DNA of 32,000 bases, from NCBI GenBank assembly GCA_028718985.1, contig JAQUKQ010000006.1, positions 10,061-42,060 on the forward strand, in the 5' to 3' direction. This document shows, in pieces, positions 1-8,085 of this stretch. Position 1 is the first letter of the stretch; every line of letters begins with the position of its first letter. The stretch is from Desulfobulbaceae bacterium. Its GTDB lineage: Bacteria; Desulfobacterota; Desulfobulbia; Desulfobulbales; VMSU01. The position numbers were made by a program, and so were the translations under genes. The notes under the pieces are model-generated. The model was given only the letters and a program-made list of their open reading frames with translations, was not told the origin of the DNA and did not search any database.

Positions 1-1
1 G

Positions 2-181
2 GAGAAGATACAGGAACTCTATGGGAATAACGTCTGTGCGCCGATCCGCTATAATGTCAGACTGTCTGAGGCCCCGGCCTATGGGCAGAGCATCTATGAG
101 TTCGCCCCAGGTTCGCCGGGGGCGAGTGACTACCGTGAACTGGTGCGGAAGGTCGCTAATAATAACAAATTGTTCCGTTAA
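2..181 (+). CDS. ParA/Soj-family partition ATPase, C-terminal fragment (5' end lies outside the window)
   Basis: The frame starting at nt 2 is open from the window edge to TAA at 179-181. My translation EKIQELYGNNVCAPIRYNVRLSEAPAYGQSIYEFAPGSPGASDYRELVRKV matches the conserved ParA/Soj C-terminus (R-LSEAP-yGq-I, GA--Y--L). It is absent from the ORF track because there is no start codon in the window. Confidence 0.75.
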   Translation, partial: EKIQELYGNNVCAPIRYNVRLSEAPAYGQSIYEFAPGSPGASDYRELVRKVANNNKLFR

Positions 182-234
182 TGGAAGGGGTAGGGCGTGG
201 TGGTCTGCGTCTCCCATGGTTTGGTGAAAAATAA

Positions 235-2181
235 GTGAAGTGTGTTCGTTGTAACACTGAAAATCGAAGGGCAAACGCTCATTGTGAGAAATGCGGAGCG
301 CCGTTACAGTTTAAACGGCGCTCCGATTTTTTTCGTACCCGTAAAATTACGATTATTCTCGCTGTGTTTCTTGTTTGGCTGTGTTCCTTTGTGCTGATGT
401 TCCGTGAGTCGCTTTTCCCCGGTTCTGTGGAGAGAGCTACGCTCTCTGCGGAACAACGCCAAGCGATTAACGACAGGAACTCGGCCAAGCGCAAGGAGAT
501 GAGTGCCAAGTTGCAGGAGGTTATGGCCGCAGCGGAAAAACAGGCGGCGACGGGGAAGGGTCAAGCCGAAAAAGTGCCAGCCGCTGATGAAAAGCCGCTT
601 GAGCCACAAGTTGCCTCTGTATTGCGTGCCGGCTGGGTGTCTATTGCCGACCCGTGGGGACATTTGGTGGCCAGGACCCGTGCTGCCCTGATCAAGGGAA
701 GTTGGTTGGCTTTGCCGACACGGACGGCCTATGCCGGTTACCAGTGGACTTTCTCAAGGGATAGTGGGGTCGTGAATGAGATCGATTCTGGTGTCTGGAG
801 GCCTGGTGATGCAGTTGGGCTTTGGCACCTTAGCGCCAGCACCTCGGCGGCGGATGGTTTGTCCCTCTCTCCTTGGAGTTCTGGGGAGCCGTTACTCTGG
901 ATGAGTCTTGACTCTCAGCGTGAAATTTCCGACATTCGATTGGTGCCGGGGCTACGTCAGGGGGATTTTGTTGCCTGTTCCCCTCCAGAGGGGATCGATG
1001 AAAATGGTGTTTTTCTGCAAGGATCAAATATCGTCGGCTGGTCTTTTGGCCCCTGGCTTAGCAGTGTTTATTTGTGGGGTGGAAAGAGTGAGGCAGAGCT
1101 TGAGCCGATGACTAACGTTCACTCTTTTTACGCGGCGACCTTTGCTAAGGGGCGGGAGGAGAAGTTTGCAGGAGCGCTTGCCCTTAAGGAAGAACACACC
1201 GATCTGGAGCGTTTGGCTGCGTTGCTTGCAGGGTTTGCCGAGAGGCCGAAATTGGCTTTGGAGGATACGCCGCAGTATCTTACGCCAGGTGAGGTCGTCA
1301 AACAGATTCGTCAACTCGTTACGCAGCTTTTGCGGAGCGGACAAGGCGCCCAGCTTGTGGGGCTTTTGGATGATGGCGTTCTTCTTGCGATTGGCGACTT
1401 GAAATTGCTTCTGGATATTGTGCCTGCCATTACCGCCAATCAAGGCTTCGAACCCGCTATTCAAAAAATCGAGAGTGTCGGACGTCAGCTGGTTGAAAGG
1501 GGCGGCGTTGATGTCCCGGCTGTCAATGAGGTTCATCTCAAGCTCTATCAAGAGTGGCTGCAGTCTCTGGTGACGGTGAAGGCGGTGAGTGAGGCGGTTA
1601 CGGTTTTGATGACGGCAAAGGCCTTTTACCCTAACGACCCGTATCTCCATCTCCTGGCGGTGGAGTTGGCACTCTTACAGAATGATTGGCAAGAAGCGGA
1701 GAGGCTTTTGGCCATGATGCAGTATCCTGCCAGGTTTCGAGATCGCTACGAGTTGTTGTCGCGCCGCATTTCGGAAATGAAGGGCGATGAAGGTACCATT
1801 GTGATTCGTTTTCAGCCGGGTGGAAGTCGTATCCCCTTGGCTGCAGGCTTAAATCAAGCCCTGCGCCAAAATTTTATTGTGGACACTGGTGCGTCGATGG
1901 TGACGATCCCTTCTGCTACGGCGGAATCCTTGAATCTGCAGATGGTGCAGGGACATCACGGCGGCAGGCGAACGGTGTCGACTGCCGGGGGCATGGTCGA
2001 TGCCTACGAGGTGTTGATTGAGAGCGTCGAGATCAATGGCTGGGTCGAGCACAATGTCGGTGCTTTGGTAATGGATATTCCCGGTCAGCCGGGTGTGGGG
2101 CTGCTCGGACTGAATTATCTCGATCGGTTCAAGGTGAGCTTAAATAGTAACGAAGGGAAACTGACCTTACGCCCCAAGTGA
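235..2181 (+). CDS. Membrane-anchored zinc-ribbon protein with C-terminal retropepsin-like (clan AA) aspartic protease domain
   Basis: 648-aa ORF with a GTG start at 235. The N-terminus has CxxC-x10-CxxC (KCVRCN...CEKCG), followed by one hydrophobic helix (ITIILAVFLVWLCSFVLMF) and a K/A/E-rich linker. The C-terminal ~120 aa carry the retropepsin signature FIVDTGASMVTIP (D-T-G at nt 1882-1890) and LLGLNYLDRF, as in TIGR02281-type bacterial clan AA proteases. Confidence 0.7.
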   Translation: MKCVRCNTENRRANAHCEKCGAPLQFKRRSDFFRTRKITIILAVFLVWLCSFVLMFRESLFPGSVERATLSAEQRQAINDRNSAKRKEMSAKLQEVMAAAEKQAATGKGQAEKVPAADEKPLEPQVASVLRAGWVSIADPWGHLVARTRAALIKGSWLALPTRTAYAGYQWTFSRDSGVVNEIDSGVWRPGDAVGLWHLSASTSAADGLSLSPWSSGEPLLWMSLDSQREISDIRLVPGLRQGDFVACSPPEGIDENGVFLQGSNIVGWSFGPWLSSVYLWGGKSEAELEPMTNVHSFYAATFAKGREEKFAGALALKEEHTDLERLAALLAGFAERPKLALEDTPQYLTPGEVVKQIRQLVTQLLRSGQGAQLVGLLDDGVLLAIGDLKLLLDIVPAITANQGFEPAIQKIESVGRQLVERGGVDVPAVNEVHLKLYQEWLQSLVTVKAVSEAVTVLMTAKAFYPNDPYLHLLAVELALLQNDWQEAERLLAMMQYPARFRDRYELLSRRISEMKGDEGTIVIRFQPGGSRIPLAAGLNQALRQNFIVDTGASMVTIPSATAESLNLQMVQGHHGGRRTVSTAGGMVDAYEVLIESVEINGWVEHNVGALVMDIPGQPGVGLLGLNYLDRFKVSLNSNEGKLTLRPK

Positions 2182-2838
2182 TGACGCACTGTGTACGGTT
2201 ATTCCATGAGGGCCTTCATGGAGAGTCAGGTGGTAGAAGGCAAGGGATTTAAACAGGGGGCGGCCGAAGTAGAGGAGCTCTTCCGCAACACTCAGTCGGC
2301 GGAGTTGGATGGCCCGTTGGCGGATTTTCAGGTCAAGAGAGACGATTCGGCCAATTTCCGTCTGTGTTGTTGAGTTGCAGGTTGTTATGAATTCTGCGGC
2401 GAGAGCGGCGATTTTGGCAAACTCACAATGCTCTTCTTGGATGGTGATCAACTCCCAAAGATCGTCATTGGCAGGAATGATATCGTGACGGCTCAGGCAG
2501 TGTTGGTAGATGACTTGGGTAAGATCCGCCGTTTCCCAGCACTTTAGTAAACGGCACTCCAGCGGACGGTTGGCGTAGATTCCGCAGAGATTCTGAGCCT
2601 GATCGAAAAAATGACAGGTCCAGGAGTCGTCTTGGCCTGCCAGTTTGATCAGTTCGGAGCGAGAGGGCTCGATCGTGTTAACAAGTGGTGAGAACACTGG
2701 TTCGCCTGCCCGGATGGTGATCAGATCAGGTATGGTAAGATGCCGGCCATCGATAAGTGGCAGATCTTCGGTGTGTAGGGCTGGTCCTCCTTTGCTGCAA
2801 CACGTTCCGCAACGCTTGCAGGATCTCATTCTGCTCAT
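2167..2838 (-). CDS. YkgJ-family CxxCxxCC zinc/iron-chelating domain protein (UPF0153)
   Basis: 223-aa ORF with N-terminal CKRCGTCC (the CxxCxxCC motif of PF03692-type proteins) and further conserved Cys/His. Its 3' end overlaps the convergent protease gene by 15 nt. Confidence 0.7.
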   Translation of the reverse strand: MSRMRSCKRCGTCCSKGGPALHTEDLPLIDGRHLTIPDLITIRAGEPVFSPLVNTIEPSRSELIKLAGQDDSWTCHFFDQAQNLCGIYANRPLECRLLKCWETADLTQVIYQHCLSRHDIIPANDDLWELITIQEEHCEFAKIAALAAEFITTCNSTTQTEIGRIVSLDLKIRQRAIQLRRLSVAEELLYFGRPLFKSLAFYHLTLHEGPHGITVHSASSLGA

Positions 2839-2912
2839 CGCTTTCTATCTTCCTGAAAATCTAGTTGTGTGCCGTGGCGGATAACTGACTGGCCGTGCTG
2901 CTGGCCAGTTCC

Positions 2913-3662
2913 TTAATTTCCACAAACAGGGCAACGCTGCAAGCGTTGGATCTTCTCTAATCCGCAGGCCTCAAGCAAGGCCTCGTCTCTAAAGATAGCT
3001 TCTGTTGGCCCGTCGGCGGCAATTTTTCCACGATGAAAAACGATTGTCCGTGTACAGAGATCCATCACCATGTCCAGATCGTGGGTGGCAATAATCTTTG
3101 TGTGTTGGAATGATTTCAGGAGATTGATCAATCGGCGGCGGGCGGCGGGGTCGAGGTTCGAACTTGGTTCGTCCATGACAAGGATATCCGGCGACATGGC
3201 TAGCACTGTTGCGATTGCCACGGCACGTTTTTCGCCACCGGAAAGATGATAGGGCGGTCGATTATGCAGGGCGGAGGCTCCAACCCGTTCCAGGGCTGCT
3301 TTGACCCGGGACTCGACTTCGTCAGCAGGCAAACCGAGGTTTAAGGGGCCAAAGGCGACATCTTCGTGTACTGTCGGCATGAAAAGTTGGTCGTCCGGGT
3401 CCTGGAAGACCATGCCTACCGTTCGGCGGATCTCTTGTAATGTCTCTTTGGTCAGTGGGTAGTCTCCGATTCGCACCGTCCCGTGCTGGGGGGTCAGATA
3501 GCCATTTAAGTGGAGCAATAGGGTAGATTTCCCTGCGCCGTTGGCACCTACGATTGCCACCGATTCACCATGCGTGATGCGGAAGGAGAGCCCTTTAAGG
3601 GCCTTGGTGCTATCCGGGTAGCTATAGCGGAGATCGACGACTTCGACAATATGATGACTCAT
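2913..3662 (-). CDS. cbiO: ECF-type ABC transporter ATP-binding protein (CbiO/EcfA family)
   Basis: 249 aa with Walker [13 protein letters not shown] signature [12 protein letters not shown] and Walker B ILVMDEP. The N-terminal pattern [12 protein letters not shown] is typical of CbiO/EcfA. A 4-nt ATGA overlap with the upstream T-component gene indicates translational coupling. Confidence 0.9.
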   Translation of the reverse strand: MSHHIVEVVDLRYSYPDSTKALKGLSFRITHGESVAIVGANGAGKSTLLLHLNGYLTPQHGTVRIGDYPLTKETLQEIRRTVGMVFQDPDDQLFMPTVHEDVAFGPLNLGLPADEVESRVKAALERVGASALHNRPPYHLSGGEKRAVAIATVLAMSPDILVMDEPSSNLDPAARRRLINLLKSFQHTKIIATHDLDMVMDLCTRTIVFHRGKIAADGPTEAIFRDEALLEACGLEKIQRLQRCPVCGN

Positions 3663-4471
3663 GACATGACCTGTGTTAGCAGTGTGCCCAATAATTGCGG
3701 CAGATTATAGCTTCGCATGATTGCAAAGACGGCTACCCACCCCAGGGTGAACAAGATGTCGGGTAAGCTAATGCGTGAGGGGCGGAGCACTCTTACCTCG
3801 CCGTCAAAACCACGGCTCAGCATTGCCCGATGAACCCGCTGGGCTCGATCGAGTGTCCTGAGCAGGAGATGGCCCACGACCGAGGCAAATACCTTCATGC
3901 CAAGCCCCCGTTTGCCGAAGGAGCGCAACGCCCTGGCTCGGAAAAGCCGCATGGCTTCACCCCCCAGAACGAAAATATAGCGGTAGAGAAAGAGGAGTTG
4001 CACAGTAAGCACCTTCGGTAATCCTAAGCGCAGCAAGGCAAGACACAAGCCATGGAAGCTGGTGGTGGCTATCAGCAGAAAGGCGGTGCTGATGGTCAAG
4101 CAAAAACGCAACAGGATCGACAAAAACGAAATCCAGCCGCCGCTGATGGGCAACGTCCCAAGGTGGATCAGGATCTCTCGGTCGAGGAAGGGGTTGAATA
4201 TGCCTACCATGACGGCAAAGGGGGAGACAATGATGACTTTACGGACAATGAATCCTACCGGGAGTTGGCCTAAGGTGATCAGTACGACTGGATAGAGAAA
4301 AAAAGGCAAGAGTGCTGAAACCTCGTACTTGGGAAAGGAGACTACCGCCAGCAAGAACGCCATCGAGGTCAGGAGTTTGGCCCGTGGGTCTAGTCGGTGA
4401 ATGGCTGTATGTTGTTGGGCTAACTGGTCAAGCCGTCCGATATCAAAGAAAGAGGTGTCAATCTTGGCCAT
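3659..4471 (-). CDS. cbiQ: ECF transporter transmembrane T component (CbiQ/EcfT family)
   Basis: The CbiQ hallmark HRLDPRAKLL is followed by multiple TM helices and a C-terminal Arg-rich coupling region (RALRSFG...LLRTLDRAQRVHRAMLSRGF). I place the start at the internal ATG (MAKIDTSFF, 4469-4471), giving 270 aa. The 85-aa extension in the ORF track (to 4726) is non-membrane, low-complexity-looking and unlike CbiQ N-termini. Confidence 0.82.
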   Translation of the reverse strand: MAKIDTSFFDIGRLDQLAQQHTAIHRLDPRAKLLTSMAFLLAVVSFPKYEVSALLPFFLYPVVLITLGQLPVGFIVRKVIIVSPFAVMVGIFNPFLDREILIHLGTLPISGGWISFLSILLRFCLTISTAFLLIATTSFHGLCLALLRLGLPKVLTVQLLFLYRYIFVLGGEAMRLFRARALRSFGKRGLGMKVFASVVGHLLLRTLDRAQRVHRAMLSRGFDGEVRVLRPSRISLPDILFTLGWVAVFAIMRSYNLPQLLGTLLTQVMS

Positions 4472-4705
4472 GTCAGCGTTCGGGCGACCTTGAATCGATA
4501 AAGAATGGGGGCGCGTGGGACAGGGTGTGAGGCGGCTACTTGTCCCGTACGTGGTGAGGGTGTATCGATGATTCGACAAACGCGCATACAATAAACCGAT
4601 CGGCGCATAAAGACAACACCATTTTCTTGGAATCGTACTATCGGTGGGCTTGGTGAAGTGTGGGTGCCGCCCGAGGTTGCGTGCCCCTTTGCTCGGATGG
4701 ACATA
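4472..4705 (-). promoter_or_regulatory. Long untranslated leader of cbiQ with nested inverted repeats (candidate cis-regulatory RNA, class unknown) and a possible -10 TATAAT at 4706-4711
   Basis: There are about 230 nt between a minus-strand TATAAT (4711..4706, preceded by TGG) and the cbiQ ATG, with no credible CDS. Stems are visible: CCGAG/CTCGG near 4672-4698, GGGACA(4517-4522)/TGTCCC(4541-4546), and two ATCGAT palindromes (4494-4499, 4564-4569) bracketing a GC-rich core. I found no B12 box or other riboswitch signature I can name. Confidence 0.3.
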
Positions 4706-4755
4706 ATTATATACCAAAAAGGCCATCTTTCTGTTATTTTAATCGAGTTTTATGA

Positions 4756-4784
4756 TTGACAGGCGCGGGTGCAGCCCTTAATTT
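4756..4784 (+). promoter_or_regulatory. Candidate sigma-70 promoter for tig
   Basis: A perfect -35 TTGACA (4756-4761) is followed after 16-17 nt by a weak -10 (TTAATT/TAATTT, 4778-4784), about 125 nt upstream of the tig ATG. The -10 matches only 3/6 positions, so confidence is low. Confidence 0.3.
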
Positions 4785-4908
4785 TGTTGGCGTTGTTGAA
4801 GGGTAAATTGGCACCGTCGTTAGACGGCATTCAGGTTGTCGGCAAAGAGGGAGAGGTCTCCTTGCCCAATATATTCAATTAATTTTTACTCAGAAAAGGA
4901 AGGTTTTA

Positions 4909-6225
4909 ATGGAAGTCGCGGTCGAAGATCTCAGCACACTCAGAAAGTCGTTGAAGGTAAGCTTGTCGAGCGATGTCGTTGCCCCTAAGCTTGGCGCCTC
5001 GTATCAAAAATTACAAAACCAGGTCGCGATCAAGGGTTTCCGCAAGGGCAAAGTTCCTATGAAAGTCCTTGAAAAGGGTTATAAAGATCGAGTGCAGGCT
5101 GAAGTGAGTGAGGCTCTGATTCAGGAAACCTATTTTGATGCCTTGGCGCAGGTTAAGCTTGAGGCCGTAGTGCACCCAGACATCAGGTCTTTCGACTTCC
5201 CCGAGGATGGTTCTTTTGTGTATGTTGCTGAAGTGGAGGTTAAACCGCAATTTGAACTTGGTGCCTACAAAGGGATCGAAATTGAGCATCCGGCCATAGA
5301 GGTAAGCGAGGAGGAGATCACCAAGTCTCTTGAGTTGACCAGACGGGAGATGGCCCCTCTGCAGTCGGTCACTGGTCGCGGGGTACAGAAAGATGATCTG
5401 ATTGTGCTCGATTTCCAGGGCTACGAGAATGGTAAAGAGTTGCAATACGTTGCTGGCAAGGACTCACCTGTCGATGTCGGTTCCGGTCGTAATGGCCAGG
5501 AGTTTGAAGGGGCGCTCTTGGGGTTGAAACTTGACGAGGAGACGCGGCGTGAAGTGCAGTTTCCGGCAGATTTCGCAAGCGCCATGCTGGCCGGCAAAAC
5601 GATAGAGTTTAAGATGACGGTAAAGAACATCAAAGAGCGGGTTCTGCCGGCCATTGATGATGATTTCGCCAAAGATGTCAGTGAGGATTTCGCAACGCTT
5701 GCCGATTTGACCTCAAGTATCAGCGAAAAAATCCGTAAAGAGAAAGAGAAGGCCATGGATGGTGACATTACCGATAAGCTGATGTTGAAGCTGGTCGATT
5801 CGCACACCTTTGAAGTGCCTGCCCGTTTGGTAGCCTATGAAATTGACTCCTTGGCTAAGGACTTTGAGACTAACCTGGAACGGCAGAATTTAAGTTTGGA
5901 GGCTATTGGTTTAAGCCGGGAGAAGCTGGCCGAAACCTATCGGGAAGCGGCAGAGCGTCGGGTTAAGGGTGACTTTATCCTGAAGAAGATCGCCGAGGTT
6001 GAGAATATCAAGCTTGCCAACGAAGATATTACTCAAGGATACAGCCGTATTGCTCAGCAGTATGGTATGAAAATCGATGAGGTGAAAGAGTACTTCAAAG
6101 GCCGTAACAACCTCATGCCTTTTATGAACGAGCTGTTAAATGAGAAAATATTGGGCTTTTTGCGCGATGCGACGATTGTTAAATTCGTGGCAGCTGAAGC
6201 CACGGAAGCTGGAGCCGAAGCATGA
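4909..6225 (+). CDS. tig: Trigger factor (ribosome-associated PPIase chaperone)
   Basis: 438 aa. The N-terminus [19 protein letters not shown]...GFRKGKVP carries the ribosome-binding GFRxGxxP motif. A strong SD (AAGGAAGG) lies upstream. The conserved tig-clpP-clpX-lon synteny supports the call. Confidence 0.95.
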   Translation: MEVAVEDLSTLRKSLKVSLSSDVVAPKLGASYQKLQNQVAIKGFRKGKVPMKVLEKGYKDRVQAEVSEALIQETYFDALAQVKLEAVVHPDIRSFDFPEDGSFVYVAEVEVKPQFELGAYKGIEIEHPAIEVSEEEITKSLELTRREMAPLQSVTGRGVQKDDLIVLDFQGYENGKELQYVAGKDSPVDVGSGRNGQEFEGALLGLKLDEETRREVQFPADFASAMLAGKTIEFKMTVKNIKERVLPAIDDDFAKDVSEDFATLADLTSSISEKIRKEKEKAMDGDITDKLMLKLVDSHTFEVPARLVAYEIDSLAKDFETNLERQNLSLEAIGLSREKLAETYREAAERRVKGDFILKKIAEVENIKLANEDITQGYSRIAQQYGMKIDEVKEYFKGRNNLMPFMNELLNEKILGFLRDATIVKFVAAEATEAGAEA

Positions 6226-6821
6226 ACTTGATTCCGATGGTGGTGGAACAGAGTCCGCGTGGTGAGCGGGCCTATGACATCTACTCTAGACTGCTGAAGG
6301 AGAGGATTATCTTTCTCGGTACCGGGGTAAATGACGATGTCGCCAATGTGATTGTTGCCCAGCTGTTGTTTCTGGAGGCTGAAGACCCCGATAAGGACAT
6401 CACCTTCTATATCAACTCACCGGGCGGTGTTGTCACGGCAGGCATGGCGATTTACGATACGATGAATTATGTGAAGTGTGACATCGCGACCCTGTGCATG
6501 GGTCAGGCGGCCAGTATGGGTGCAGTGCTCCTTGCGGCAGGCACCAAGGGCAAGCGTTATGCCTTGCCCAATTCGCGGATCATGATTCACCAGCCTATGG
6601 GCGGGTTTCAAGGGCAGGCGACGGATATCGATATTCATGCCAGAGAGATTCTTCGCATGCGGCAGGATTTGAATAAGATTCTGGCTCAGCATACTGGTCA
6701 GAAGATTAGCCGAATCCAGCGAGATACCGAGCGGGACTTTTTCATGAGTTCTGCTGAGGCCAAGACCTATGGCTTGGTGGATAAAGTTTTGACCCGTCGC
6801 CAAAACCAGGAGGGAGAGTAA
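6222..6821 (+). CDS. clpP: ATP-dependent Clp protease proteolytic subunit
   Basis: 199 aa with [19 protein letters not shown], the catalytic Ser context GQAASMGA and the His context IMIHQP. An ATGA overlap links it to the tig stop. Confidence 0.97.
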   Translation: MNLIPMVVEQSPRGERAYDIYSRLLKERIIFLGTGVNDDVANVIVAQLLFLEAEDPDKDITFYINSPGGVVTAGMAIYDTMNYVKCDIATLCMGQAASMGAVLLAAGTKGKRYALPNSRIMIHQPMGGFQGQATDIDIHAREILRMRQDLNKILAQHTGQKISRIQRDTERDFFMSSAEAKTYGLVDKVLTRRQNQEGE

Positions 6822-8074
6822 TGGCAAGACGTAAAAACGATGACCATGTGACCTGTTCTTTCTGTGGGAAAAAGCAAGACGAGGTTAAAAAACTCATTGC
6901 CGGTCCGAATGTTTTTATCTGCGACGAGTGTATCGAGCTGTGCAATGAAATCGTCCTGGAGGATACCGAGCACGTTGTTGATGGTGCTTCGACCGATATC
7001 AAACTGTTGAAACCGAAAGATATCAAGGCAAAGCTTGACGATTACGTCATTGCCCAAGATCACGCCAAACGGGTGCTGTCTGTCGCGGTGCATAATCACT
7101 ATAAAAGAATCAGCAGCACTCTTGAGGAAGAAAACCCCGTCGAGTTGCAAAAAAGTAACATCATTCTGATTGGTCCAACCGGCAGCGGGAAGACGTTACT
7201 TGCCCAGACCTTGGCCCGTATTCTGAACGTGCCGTTTGGCATGGCCGATGCCACCACCCTGACTGAAGCGGGATATGTTGGTGAGGATGTCGAAAATATC
7301 CTGGTGGGGCTGTTGCAGTCCGCCGATCAGGATGTCGAGCGTGCCTGTCGCGGCATTATCTATATTGATGAGATTGACAAAATTGCCCGTAAGTCGGATT
7401 CGGCCTCCATCACCCGTGACGTCTCTGGAGAGGGCGTGCAGCAGGCGCTTCTCAAGATTATCGAGGGGACGGTGGCTGCTATCCCACCCAAAGGTGGTCG
7501 AAAGCACCCCCAGCAAGAGTATGTTCGGCTCGATACCAGTAATATTCTCTTCATCTGTGGCGGCGCCTTTGTCGGTCTCGATAGTGTGATTAAAAAACGA
7601 ACGGGTACCAAGTCCATGGGCTTCGGTGCCAAGGTCGTGGGCGAGACAAAGAAAAAGATGGGCGAGATTCTGGCCATGGTACAACCGGAAGACTTGCTCC
7701 GTTTTGGCCTGATTCCTGAGTTCGTAGGGCGTTTGCCGGTCATTGCCACCATGAACGAGTTGGATGAGTCCGACTTGATCCGCATTTTGCGTGAGCCGAA
7801 GAATGCCCTGACCAAGCAGTACGAGAAGCTGTTCGAGTACGACCATATCCGTTTGCGATTCACAGAGGGTGCAGTGACCGCCATCGCGAAGGAGGCGGTG
7901 AAGCGCAAGTCCGGTGCACGTGGTCTACGTTCGGTGATGGAGGAGGCCATGCTAGAGGTGATGTATGATCTGCCCTCCCAGGAAAATGTTCGTGAGTGTG
8001 TGATCAGCGAGCAGGTCATTCTCAACGGTGACTATCCCGTCGTCCTTTATGAAAACGAGAAAAAAAGCGCTTGA
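6821..8074 (+). CDS. clpX: ATP-dependent Clp protease ATP-binding subunit ClpX
   Basis: 417 aa with an N-terminal C4 zinc finger (CSFCGK...CDECI), Walker A GPTGSGKT and Walker [16 protein letters not shown] overlap links it to clpP. Confidence 0.97.
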   Translation: MARRKNDDHVTCSFCGKKQDEVKKLIAGPNVFICDECIELCNEIVLEDTEHVVDGASTDIKLLKPKDIKAKLDDYVIAQDHAKRVLSVAVHNHYKRISSTLEEENPVELQKSNIILIGPTGSGKTLLAQTLARILNVPFGMADATTLTEAGYVGEDVENILVGLLQSADQDVERACRGIIYIDEIDKIARKSDSASITRDVSGEGVQQALLKIIEGTVAAIPPKGGRKHPQQEYVRLDTSNILFICGGAFVGLDSVIKKRTGTKSMGFGAKVVGETKKKMGEILAMVQPEDLLRFGLIPEFVGRLPVIATMNELDESDLIRILREPKNALTKQYEKLFEYDHIRLRFTEGAVTAIAKEAVKRKSGARGLRSVMEEAMLEVMYDLPSQENVRECVISEQVILNGDYPVVLYENEKKSA

Positions 8075-8085
8075 GCCAGGAAGTT

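Noticed and set aside
2167-2181. 15-nt overlap of the convergent 3' ends of the protease gene and the YkgJ-like gene
   Set aside because: The overlap is real in the sequence (TGA at 2179-2181 on the plus strand, TAA at 2167-2169 on the minus strand). Short convergent overlaps are common in compact genomes, and I see no associated structure.
2888-2909. Hairpin ACTGGCC-gtgctgct-GGCCAGT between the cbiO stop and the YkgJ-like start
   Set aside because: It is only 7 bp with no U-tract on the minus strand, so the evidence for a terminator is insufficient. The genes may be co-transcribed.
4472-4726. N-terminal 85-aa extension of the cbiQ ORF (the track gives 3659..4726, 355 aa)
   Set aside because: The extension (MAFLVYNYVHPSKGARNLGRHPHF...) has no TM segments and no CbiQ similarity, and it would make the protein about 85 aa longer than the family norm. 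The internal ATG at 4471 gives a typical 270-aa CbiQ. I treat the region as leader RNA instead.
4472-4740. Cobalamin riboswitch upstream of cbiQ
   Set aside because: I read the minus strand looking for the B12 box (AGYCMGGAGACCKGCC-like), GCCACUG and GGUG-AA-UCC elements. Only a short AAGCCC fragment is present. I cannot call any known riboswitch class from the sequence.
4811-4826. TGGCAC-cgtcg-TTAGA upstream of tig as a sigma-54 promoter
   Set aside because: The -12 region has no GC dinucleotide at the required spacing. tig is a housekeeping gene normally transcribed by sigma-70.
7196-8025. Long antisense ORFs inside clpX (216 and 221 aa), and similar ones opposite the FAS-like operon genes, lon, the NtrC-type regulator gene and hemC (e.g. 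11416..12015, 9196..9699, 22124..22573, 25603..25989)
   Set aside because: They lie entirely within strongly supported genes on the other strand. Their translations are Arg/Ser/Pro-rich and low-complexity with no recognisable motifs. This is typical shadow-ORF behaviour.
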